Source: Alphaproteobacteria bacterium (GTDB taxonomy: Bacteria; Pseudomonadota; Alphaproteobacteria; RF32; CAG-239). From it: a stretch of 64,000 nucleotides of DNA. Position 1 is the stretch's first letter. The number at the start of each line of letters is the position of its first letter. The notes beneath the pieces are model-generated. The model ran no database searches and was not told where the DNA came from. It saw nothing but the letters and a program-made list of their open reading frames with translations. A program made the position numbers and the translations under genes. Shown here in pieces: positions 36,829-45,743 of the stretch. The stretch spans positions 79,737-143,736 of the forward strand of contig JBGUWS010000017.1 in NCBI GenBank assembly GCA_045221335.1. Direction: 5' to 3'.

Positions 36829-38778
36829 GTGGTTTGGTGGTTAAGAAAACAATTTTTACGTCTTAAACTTTATTTAAGTTCAAATTATGAAGGGGAAAGA
36901 GAAAGCCTGATAATCTGGTATGCTGTATGCTACGCCCTGGGGGCTGCCATTTATTTAACAATGCCGATAGAAATATCGGTCTGGGCAGTATTAGGCTTGC
37001 TGGAATTAGTGTTAATATTACTCTACCTTACAAGAAACAAGAGCGGATTATTTCAATTCTTAACTTATGTAACAATATTGATATTAGGAATTTGTATTGC
37101 TAAGGCCGATGCCCTCTATCAAAAGACAAAAATAGAAAATAATATAAACGAAATCAGTTATTTATATGGAAAAATTGATAAAATAGATGAAAATTATAAA
37201 GGATATAAAAGATTAATAATAAGTCATGCCGATGATGACGAACACCAACTTAAAGGAAAGTATAAAATTACCTTAAGACAAAATCCGGATTGGCTAAAAG
37301 TAGGTACATGTGTCGAGATGATAGCAAAATTTCCTTCAGAGTATCCAAAAAATCCTTTAAGTAATTATGATAAAGAACGTGCAGACTTTTATCAAAATAT
37401 CAGTGCCAGCGGTTACGTAATCAGTCCTGTCTTTCAGGCAGATTGTGTTATGGATGAACATTATTTAAATAATAAAATCAATGAAATAAAATCTAAAATT
37501 AATAATTTAGTTGAACAATATGCAACACCCACCACAAAGGGTGTCATCAAAGCCCTAACCATAGGTCAGAGGACAGATATACCAAATCAGTTGGTCGCAA
37601 ATTATCGCCTTTCCGGTCTGGCGCACCTGTTGGCCATTTCCGGGATGCATATGGGAATGATTGCCTTAGTGGCATTTTTTCTCATCAGATTGTTATTTTC
37701 ACCTTTAGGGCAAGGAAGGTATGATTTACGCAAACTGGCAGCAGTTATCTCGTTAATATTAACCCTGGGCTATTTCCTAATATCCGGACAAAGTATATCG
37801 TGCATTCGTGCTTTTATCATGACATCATTGGTCTTGTGTGCCATATTATTAAATCGTCGTGCAATTTCTTTAAGACTATGGGCATTTGCCTTATTTATTG
37901 TTGTTACTATAGATCCGTCCGCTGTCATCTCTCCGGGATTTCTGATGTCTTTTGCTGCAGTCTTGGGCATAGTTGCCTTTTATGAAGCTTATGCCTTAAG
38001 CATAAGACAATGGTACGCCACCCAAACAATGTATGCTAAACTTAAAGTTTATTTATTAGGTATAGTATTAACGGATTTGGTAGCAAGCCTAATCACATTA
38101 CCATTTAGTCTTTATTATTTCCACCAAATTTCGGTATATACAACACTGGCTAATATTCTTGCCGGACCGATTGTTGCTTTTTGGGTTATGCCGGCAATAC
38201 TGTTTTTCTTAATATCCATTCCGATAGGACTGGCTCCATATAGTCTAAAGATACTCTCTTCTGGTGTAAGTGTAGTCAATAACATAGCTTCATGGGTAGC
38301 AACTCTAAAAGGGGCAGATATGGCCCAAGATATAGAGTTATTCCCGAATACCGGTTTGTTTTTGATAACCATTGGTTTGTTATGGCTATGTATATGGCAG
38401 CAAAGATGGCGCTATTTAGGACTGATTGCTATTATATTAGGGTTAATGAACTTTCTCTTCTATCCGCGTGCAGACTTTGTCTTTGATGCCAAGGGAGAAA
38501 CATTTGCTTGTCGCAATAATGAAAATAAATTAGTTAAAACCAAATGGCACAAAAATAAATTTTTAACCGCAATGTGGACAAACGGTGCTGAAGATACATC
38601 ATCTCAGATTGAGTGCAACAAACAAGAATGTACATGTCAGGGTAAAATTAACTTCAGTGCTCATAAAGTCATATATAATAAAAAAGCCATTAAATTAGAT
38701 AAGAGCGGCTACATAGATATTAAACGCGGTGTATTCTACACCCCAAAGAAAGAAGGGCGTCTATGGCATAAAAAATAA
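36829..38778 (+). CDS. comEC: ComEC/Rec2 competence protein (no metallo-beta-lactamase domain seen)
   Basis: GLAHLLAISGMH, RAFIM, GFLMSFAAV. Confidence 0.9.
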   Translation: MVWWLRKQFLRLKLYLSSNYEGERESLIIWYAVCYALGAAIYLTMPIEISVWAVLGLLELVLILLYLTRNKSGLFQFLTYVTILILGICIAKADALYQKTKIENNINEISYLYGKIDKIDENYKGYKRLIISHADDDEHQLKGKYKITLRQNPDWLKVGTCVEMIAKFPSEYPKNPLSNYDKERADFYQNISASGYVISPVFQADCVMDEHYLNNKINEIKSKINNLVEQYATPTTKGVIKALTIGQRTDIPNQLVANYRLSGLAHLLAISGMHMGMIALVAFFLIRLLFSPLGQGRYDLRKLAAVISLILTLGYFLISGQSISCIRAFIMTSLVLCAILLNRRAISLRLWAFALFIVVTIDPSAVISPGFLMSFAAVLGIVAFYEAYALSIRQWYATQTMYAKLKVYLLGIVLTDLVASLITLPFSLYYFHQISVYTTLANILAGPIVAFWVMPAILFFLISIPIGLAPYSLKILSSGVSVVNNIASWVATLKGADMAQDIELFPNTGLFLITIGLLWLCIWQQRWRYLGLIAIILGLMNFLFYPRADFVFDAKGETFACRNNENKLVKTKWHKNKFLTAMWTNGAEDTSSQIECNKQECTCQGKINFSAHKVIYNKKAIKLDKSGYIDIKRGVFYTPKKEGRLWHKK

Positions 38779-38797
38779 AATTCCGCCCAAAAGATTG

Positions 38798-39619
38798 TTA
38801 TTTCTTTGATTTAGTCTTAGCAAGGATATCTTGAACTGTTTTTTCAATATTGATGGTTTGTCCAGAGGAATCCTTAAATACCTGAGCCATCAGATTTTGA
38901 GCTTCTTTGATTTGTGCAGGAGTTAATCCGGCCTGACGCCCTCCTGTTTCAATAGCCTCCATAGCATTATCTCTTGCAACAATGTATGATTCTTGTCTTT
39001 GCCAATCATCAAATTTAGTATAAGTTAACCCGCACCAGAAAACAAGCCACAATAAAGCAATAAAACGAAACTTCTTTAATATAGCAAGGTTATCATCACC
39101 ATATATCTCATCTTCTTCATTTGCCGATCCATAAGCATTATCTACCATATCAGACTTTACAAAAAACAGCTTTACTAAATACACACACCATGCAAGCACC
39201 GGAATAATAGCCCAATAACCAACATGAGGAATAAAGCCCGTCAGCGCTAAAATAACACCGGAAATAAGATACCAAAAGGCATTCTTATTAATATCATGCA
39301 AACGCCGTGCCGCAACGGCAACAGTCGGAATTAATGTTGCTAAAAGATAACAATAGCAAAGAAGCGGCATTTCAACATAGTCACTTAAAAGGTATAAAGG
39401 AAAAAACACAAGCCCTGAAACAACCATAAATCCCCAAAATTCCAGTCGGGTTGCGCGTCCGTGAAATTGCAAATATTTTTCAGTAATACCGCGAATATAA
39501 TAATCAAAAGCATCACCCCAAGCAGAACGCATATTTTCCTTTTGAATATGCGGCTTCTTTATCTTGACATTAACATTAGTCGTTTTATCAGCTAAAATAT
39601 CTTTATCCTTGACGAGCAT
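38798..39619 (-). CDS. DUF805 membrane protein
   Basis: F.GRATRLEFW, AVAARRLHD, N.YG. Confidence 0.85.
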   Translation of the reverse strand: MLVKDKDILADKTTNVNVKIKKPHIQKENMRSAWGDAFDYYIRGITEKYLQFHGRATRLEFWGFMVVSGLVFFPLYLLSDYVEMPLLCYCYLLATLIPTVAVAARRLHDINKNAFWYLISGVILALTGFIPHVGYWAIIPVLAWCVYLVKLFFVKSDMVDNAYGSANEEDEIYGDDNLAILKKFRFIALLWLVFWCGLTYTKFDDWQRQESYIVARDNAMEAIETGGRQAGLTPAQIKEAQNLMAQVFKDSSGQTINIEKTVQDILAKTKSKK

Positions 39620-40415
39620 GCTTTTCTCCTTTGATCCTGTTTTCGGCAATTTCGATGACTAATCCATGACCATCAGAAGGATCTTTTTTATCATTGGTAT
39701 CAACCTTAAAGGTCTTTCTGTTGTTGGGAGTATTATAAAAGAAATCATATACATTAAAATATACAATAGAAACAAATGCCAGAAACATTGCATAGGGAAC
39801 TGCCGCAAAATAGACATTAATAACTTTAACAAAGTATAGTAATACCGTTAAAGCAATCAATAACAAATAAGCGAGCAAAGCAACCAATGTGATCATTAAA
39901 AAGTTACCCTTAGTTTTAGCATAAGTTGCCAAAATAGAACGACTTTTCCCCGTGATTTCTGAAACAAAGGCAAATGATGGAATAATAAAAAAGGCAACAA
40001 ATAAAATCAAAAGATATAAGTATTCTAAAGTTTTATTATATGTTACCCATGTAACAATAGCACGTCCGCCGATAAAGGTTTGCTTAATCATATTCAAAAC
40101 GAGATTAATGGCAGAAGTCGATACCTGACAAGAGGCAATAAATAAAACAACAACCATACAAAAACGGATAAAGGACGCATAAAATACAGATTTATCCCAA
40201 ACGATACTCTGCTTATAATAAAGACCGGTAGCAAAATAAATAAGTAAGTAGTAATAAGGGATTGAAATGATCTTAAAAAGAGTTGTTCCGATAAATGCCG
40301 GCAACAATGAACCTAAGAAATAAAAGACACACAAGAAGATATAAGCCTTTAAATGCGTTGACACCGATCTTAAAGCATCTCGATAAACCTTAATTACCAA
40401 CAATTTATTATGCAT
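39603..40415 (-). CDS. Hypothetical multi-pass membrane protein
   Basis: About six TM segments; in an operon with accC. Confidence 0.75.
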   Translation of the reverse strand: MHNKLLVIKVYRDALRSVSTHLKAYIFLCVFYFLGSLLPAFIGTTLFKIISIPYYYLLIYFATGLYYKQSIVWDKSVFYASFIRFCMVVVLFIASCQVSTSAINLVLNMIKQTFIGGRAIVTWVTYNKTLEYLYLLILFVAFFIIPSFAFVSEITGKSRSILATYAKTKGNFLMITLVALLAYLLLIALTVLLYFVKVINVYFAAVPYAMFLAFVSIVYFNVYDFFYNTPNNRKTFKVDTNDKKDPSDGHGLVIEIAENRIKGEKHARQG

Positions 40416-40422
40416 AATCAAC

Positions 40423-41766
40423 CTATTTGTTCCGTTTATTCATGTATTCCGTTAACCAATGGATGTTATACTGTCCATCAATAAATTCATTTTGGGAGAT
40501 AATATCCTGATGCAAAGGAATAGTTGTCTTAACTCCCATAATGATGAATTCCTCTAAGGCACGCCTTAAGCGCATCAACGCTGCATTACGTGTTTTAGCA
40601 TGAACAATAAGTTTAGCAATCATGCTATCATAGTATGGAGGAATGCTATATCCGGAATAAATTTCAGAATCAACACGAATGCCCAATCCACCGGGAGCGT
40701 GCCATTCCGTAATTTTCCCCGGACAAGGGGCAAAAGTTTCCGGATCTTCTGCATTTATACGGCACTCTATAGCATGCCCTCTGAATTGAATATCATCTTG
40801 CGTATATCCAAGCGCCGCACCAGAAGCAATACGTATCTGTTCTTTAACAATATCAATCCCGGAAACAGCCTCGGTAATCGGGTGTTCTACCTGCAAACGT
40901 GTATTCATCTCCAAGAAATAAAATTTGCCATCCTCATACATAAACTCAAGTGTTCCGGCATTTTGGTAACCTATCTTTTTAATAGCATTACAAACAATCT
41001 CGCCGATTTCCTTTCTTTGGCACTGATTAAGCGCAGGCGAGGGGCATTCCTCAATAACTTTCTGATGATTACGCTGAATAGAGCAATCACGTTCACCTAA
41101 ATGAATAACATTACCGAACTTATCGGCCAATATTTGTATTTCAATGTGTCGTGGGCGCTGAAGATACTTTTCCATATAAACTACATCAGAAGGAAAAGCC
41201 GCCTTAGCTTCAGCCTTAGCCATACTAAAAGCCTCTTCAATTTCCTCATCAGAAAAGGCCACCTTCATGCCTTTGCCACCACCACCATCTTTGGCCTTAA
41301 TAATTACCGGATATCCGATCTTATTAGCCCATTCCTTAGCATCTTCAACGCTTTCAAGGGCTGTTGATCCAGGAGTAATAGGCAAACCGGCATCAATAGC
41401 GGCTTTTCTTGCGGTAATCTTATCACCCAAAAGACGCATCTGCTCAGCAGTCGGCCCGATAAAAGTAATGCCGTGCAATTCCACCATCTCGGCAAAATCA
41501 GCATTTTCAGACAAGAAACCAAATCCCGGATGAATAGCATCAGCGCCGGTAATCAAAGCTGCCGAAATAATCGCTTGTTTGTTCAAATAAGAATCAGAAG
41601 ACCGGGCAGGGCCAATACAAACCGCCTCATCAGCCAAACGTACATGCATGGCATTTGCGTCTGCTTCAGAGTGAACGGCAACAGTACGAATCCCCATCTC
41701 ACGACAGGCTCTGTGAATTCTTAGAGCAACTTCACCACGGTTAGCAATTAAAACTTTTTCAAACAT
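40423..41766 (-). CDS. accC: Acetyl-CoA carboxylase, biotin carboxylase subunit
   Basis: ANRGE, HPGFGFLSEN, GGGGKGM, ERDCS.QR, EMNTRLQVEHP, YDSMIAK. Confidence 0.97.
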   Translation of the reverse strand: MFEKVLIANRGEVALRIHRACREMGIRTVAVHSEADANAMHVRLADEAVCIGPARSSDSYLNKQAIISAALITGADAIHPGFGFLSENADFAEMVELHGITFIGPTAEQMRLLGDKITARKAAIDAGLPITPGSTALESVEDAKEWANKIGYPVIIKAKDGGGGKGMKVAFSDEEIEEAFSMAKAEAKAAFPSDVVYMEKYLQRPRHIEIQILADKFGNVIHLGERDCSIQRNHQKVIEECPSPALNQCQRKEIGEIVCNAIKKIGYQNAGTLEFMYEDGKFYFLEMNTRLQVEHPITEAVSGIDIVKEQIRIASGAALGYTQDDIQFRGHAIECRINAEDPETFAPCPGKITEWHAPGGLGIRVDSEIYSGYSIPPYYDSMIAKLIVHAKTRNAALMRLRRALEEFIIMGVKTTIPLHQDIISQNEFIDGQYNIHWLTEYMNKRNK

Positions 41767-41784
41767 TAAATGCTCCTAAAGAGT

Positions 41785-42276
41785 TTACTCAATCACAACC
41801 AAGGGCTCGCCATATTCGACAGGGTCGCCTGATTCAACCAAAATTTTAACAACTTTACCGCTCTTGTGTGCTTTTACCGGATTAAAAGTCTTCATAGCCT
41901 CAACCAAACAAACAGTATCACCTTCAGTTACAACATCTCCGGGCTTAACGTAATTAGCTGTTTTAGGATCTGCAGAAAGATAAACTACACCGACCATTGG
42001 GGACTTAACGGCATCAGGGCTGTTGGTGTAGTCTGTTTGTTGAGTTTCAGGAGTAGCCGTCGGTGCTTTTTCAACATCGTTTTTTACCGTATTTAGAGCC
42101 AAAGCGGTAGGATGTGCCACAACAGGCGTGCAACCGCTTACAGCGTTACCGCTGACAGGATTTCTTGCAAGAGAGATTCGGCAGCTTTCATCTTCGTATT
42201 CTAGTTCGGTTAAATTTGTTTTATCTAAGATTTCGGCAAGCCGGCTTATAATTTTTGTATCCAATGGATTAGACAT
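41785..42276 (-). CDS. accB: Biotin carboxyl carrier protein
   Basis: SPMVG and EAMK biotinylation motif. Confidence 0.95.
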   Translation of the reverse strand: MSNPLDTKIISRLAEILDKTNLTELEYEDESCRISLARNPVSGNAVSGCTPVVAHPTALALNTVKNDVEKAPTATPETQQTDYTNSPDAVKSPMVGVVYLSADPKTANYVKPGDVVTEGDTVCLVEAMKTFNPVKAHKSGKVVKILVESGDPVEYGEPLVVIE

Positions 42277-42470
42277 AGTTATCCTCTCATTAAAAATTAA
42301 ATCTTTCACCTAAGTTTAACGCAAATTATAAAAAATACAAGCATTTTCTCATGCTTTTCCCATAATAATACACAGAAAAAAGCATTAAAGTATAAGAATA
42401 TATTGCATTTATAAACCATTTAATTATATAATCGCGAATGAAAAAATTTACATAGCTAAAAGGAACTGTC

Positions 42471-43730
42471 ATGTCAAATCTAGAGGATGTTTTAAAGAAT
42501 TATGCTATTTCAGGAGAAATCACCGGCGAAACCAGAGGTCCGTTGCTTAATATCATAGAATTTGAGCCGGCCCCGGGAACAAAATTGAAAAATATAACCT
42601 CATCACTTGAAGATATTCGTCGTGAATTGGGCGTGTCATCTTTGCGGGTTGAACCGGCAGAAGTTGGTAATGCCCTATTATTTGAAATACCGGCTGAAAC
42701 ATTTGAAACGGTTGACTTTAATAAGATTATAAATTCTCCGGAATTTGAAAAGGCAGCAGAAAAATATACTTTGCCTATCTGTATGGGGGCAGACATTAAG
42801 GGAACGCCTGTTTTTGCAGATTTAGCCAAAATGCCGCATATGTTAATCGGTGGTACCACCGGTTCCGGTAAATCGGTCGGGTTAAACACATTTATGCTCT
42901 CTCTTATTGCCGCTAAAAAACCGGCTGATGTCAAGTTTGTATTAATTGATCCTAAAAAGATAGAATTCAGCATCTATAATAATCAAAAATATATGATGGG
43001 TCCGGTTATAACGGAAAGCAGAGATGCCGTTGCCGTATTATCAATGCTGGCTAAAGAGATGGATAAACGTTATGAATTGTTTTCCGATAATATGGTCAAA
43101 AATTTAGCTGAATATAATGAGAGGGGAGACGGTCATTTACCATACATTGTCTGCGTCATTGATGAGTTTTCGGATTTGATGTCAACAGACAAGTCGGTTG
43201 AAAAAGACGTTATGCGCTTAGCACAAAAAGCACGTGCCGCCGGAATTCATCTGCTATTAGCTACACAGCGTCCGTCAGTGGATGTGGTAACAGGTGTGCT
43301 AAAAGCAAATTTCCCCACAAGATTGGCCTATAAGGTCGCATCCCGTGTTGATTCACAAACAATTTTAGACACACCGGGAGCAGAAACATTAATCGGCCGC
43401 GGAGACTGTCTGTTTTTAGCCTCCGATGGCACATTAAAGCGTTTACACGGAGCATATCTGCCCGATGATGGGATTATAGAAATGTTAAAGCCTTACGCCT
43501 GCAGGGTAAAACCTTGGGAGTTACCAGAAGAAGCTTTACCCGAAACAGGAAATAAAGGGAGCAATAGCCAAGTTGTTGTCAAAAAGCAGAGTTTCATCAA
43601 ACGTTGCTGGAAAGCATGGTGTGATTTAGGAACCAGAAAACAACAGCAGATTATTAATATTTTCAAAAAGTATGTTCTGCCGACCATAATAGCTTGGTTT
43701 GCCACTCATAAGGCAAAAAAGAAAAAATAG
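42471..43730 (+). CDS. FtsK/SpoIIIE motor-domain protein (short form)
   Basis: GTTGSGKS, IDPK, IDEFSDLM, AQKARAAGIH, ATQRPS, GRGD; no N-terminal TM or gamma domain. Confidence 0.9.
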   Translation: MSNLEDVLKNYAISGEITGETRGPLLNIIEFEPAPGTKLKNITSSLEDIRRELGVSSLRVEPAEVGNALLFEIPAETFETVDFNKIINSPEFEKAAEKYTLPICMGADIKGTPVFADLAKMPHMLIGGTTGSGKSVGLNTFMLSLIAAKKPADVKFVLIDPKKIEFSIYNNQKYMMGPVITESRDAVAVLSMLAKEMDKRYELFSDNMVKNLAEYNERGDGHLPYIVCVIDEFSDLMSTDKSVEKDVMRLAQKARAAGIHLLLATQRPSVDVVTGVLKANFPTRLAYKVASRVDSQTILDTPGAETLIGRGDCLFLASDGTLKRLHGAYLPDDGIIEMLKPYACRVKPWELPEEALPETGNKGSNSQVVVKKQSFIKRCWKAWCDLGTRKQQQIINIFKKYVLPTIIAWFATHKAKKKK

Positions 43731-43751
43731 GATAAATCCCTAAACCAACTA

Positions 43752-44942
43752 TCACCCGATTTTATGATCCAACTTGAAATAGTCTATCATTTGGTATATA
43801 GAGTCGATCTCATGATAAAACTCATTAATAGAAGATGGATCATATAAAGACTTATCTATACTGCATATTTCAAATAAATTCTTACTTGTTTTTATGGCAA
43901 TAGTCAACGTATCACCAACAAATGAACATTTAGCATTTTTAGCCCCAAAGGCGGTTTTTAAGTTATAAAAGCGTTCCATAAAAGCAGGCGTAACCAAATA
44001 ACGCGCTTCCACCTGATCTGAAGAATAAACATTAAATTTTTTGCCAAATCGCGGGTCTTCTAATAACACCTCATCCAAAGATTCTTCAGATTTGGCAGCG
44101 AGTATACTTATCCAAAGAATAAAAGCAAGAAGTACCAGACAGAAAATTAACCACCCACGAGAAAAATCGTGTTTGATCAGGTAGAAAAGACAAGGTTGTA
44201 AGAAAATAATCACTGTTGCCAAAATCTGATTTTTCTTCGTAAAATCACCTTTAGTAGCAACAATAGTTCTATTTTTAATTTTTTTATTAAACTTAAAAGA
44301 TAAAATAATTCCTTTGAATGCAGGAAAAGCACTTTTACTGGATGCATACCATAGTTCTGTTTCAGATATCTTAAATGGCACACCTCTATATGTTCCCTCA
44401 AATTCATCATCAGTATAACGTGTGTTATAGTTGACAAATAAACCGCTTTTTTTGAGTTGCTCATCTGTTAATAATACATTGTTAAGATTTTCTTTACCGA
44501 CATCATGTCCAATCCATTTTACATTCCCAAAAACTTTTAATAAATTTTGTAAACACTTCCTTTTCACCATATTGGTATACTTTCTACTTTCATCTTTTAT
44601 TTTTATTGCAGGAGAAAAAAAGAAGATTAAACAACATAAAGCTAACAAATACACCACCGCAGCTACTTCAAAAAAAATGATAGCTGTATCAATTGCAAGA
44701 AAACAGCATAATATAAATACAATACATAAAATGAAAAGGGAATAACTCACTACCGACATTATAAATGATAATATACGAAATTTACGTAAAATATGAATTC
44801 TCAAAGGTTCATAAGCTTCAAGTATAGGTAAAACATCTTTCTTATATATTTCATCATATTTCTGATATTTTTCTTTCTCAAAAAAAGTCTTTTGCTTTTT
44901 TTCTTTACCTAAGTCCTGCATAATTTTCCCCTTTATAACCAT
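43752..44942 (-). CDS. DUF3137-like membrane protein
   Basis: LEDP.F.K.FNVYSSDQVEARYLVTPAFMER. Confidence 0.75.
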   Translation of the reverse strand: MVIKGKIMQDLGKEKKQKTFFEKEKYQKYDEIYKKDVLPILEAYEPLRIHILRKFRILSFIMSVVSYSLFILCIVFILCCFLAIDTAIIFFEVAAVVYLLALCCLIFFFSPAIKIKDESRKYTNMVKRKCLQNLLKVFGNVKWIGHDVGKENLNNVLLTDEQLKKSGLFVNYNTRYTDDEFEGTYRGVPFKISETELWYASSKSAFPAFKGIILSFKFNKKIKNRTIVATKGDFTKKNQILATVIIFLQPCLFYLIKHDFSRGWLIFCLVLLAFILWISILAAKSEESLDEVLLEDPRFGKKFNVYSSDQVEARYLVTPAFMERFYNLKTAFGAKNAKCSFVGDTLTIAIKTSKNLFEICSIDKSLYDPSSINEFYHEIDSIYQMIDYFKLDHKIG

Positions 44943-44948
44943 ACGAAA

Positions 44949-45371
44949 TTAATCTTCAGATTTATGCAGATATTCTTTAATTTCTTGCTTCAACTTTTGG
45001 ATATCTGTTGTAATTCCATCTTCAAAAACTAATTCATCAACGTCACATTTTTCTATAGATTGGTACGTGGAGCCCATTTTATAAAAAGCGATTTTTTTAT
45101 GTAACTTCATAGCGTATTCGATTTCAAAAACGCAACCGTCAGCAATCTCTCCAAAAAACCACACTTCATCACAACGAGTAATTATATTATTGTTTCCATT
45201 ACGTACTAAATCCCTGTCAACCAGCTCATACAAAAAATATCCATACACATTAAAAGGATTAAGCGGAATGCCTCCATGTTCAAAAACATATTTGCAAACA
45301 AGCATTCTCATAAAAAAATTCTTTTTTGATTGTGCAGTAAAAACAAGCGGCTTTCTTTCGGTCAAATCCAT
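44949..45371 (-). CDS. Nucleoside 2-deoxyribosyltransferase-like (DUF4406-type) protein
   Basis: PLNP, RCDEVWFFG.I..G...EIEYA pattern. Confidence 0.6.
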   Translation of the reverse strand: MDLTERKPLVFTAQSKKNFFMRMLVCKYVFEHGGIPLNPFNVYGYFLYELVDRDLVRNGNNNIITRCDEVWFFGEIADGCVFEIEYAMKLHKKIAFYKMGSTYQSIEKCDVDELVFEDGITTDIQKLKQEIKEYLHKSED

Positions 45372-45505
45372 ATTCCATCCTCACTAAAAAATGTTATAAA
45401 CATTCATACATATTATGAGGTCTATTTATTAAAATATATTAAAATTAAAATAAAAAAAGTACTTATAGTGATGGGTGTCGAGCCTCCTCGACAGATCCCC
45501 GAAAT

Positions 45506-45532
45506 AAAAAAAACACCCTAACAAGGGTGTTT
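45506..45532 (-). terminator. Terminator of tRNA-Phe
   Basis: Minus strand AAACACCCT-tgtt-AGGGTGTTT followed by a T-run. Confidence 0.85.
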
Positions 45533-45536
45533 AAAG

Positions 45537-45614
<78 letters not shown>

Positions 45615-45743
45615 CACGAATAAGCTTTATATATAAGTTTTTTTAACTTGGCAAGTCTTTTTTTTAAGATTTTTGCACATTTTTCCCTAAATATGATTAA
45701 CATATTGAATTAAATGAAAAAGAAGGCGGAAGAAAATGCTATA

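Noticed and set aside
43752-45536. Genomic island integrated at tRNA-Phe
   Set aside because: AT-rich genes follow the tRNA, but I found no integrase and no distal copy of the tRNA 3' end.
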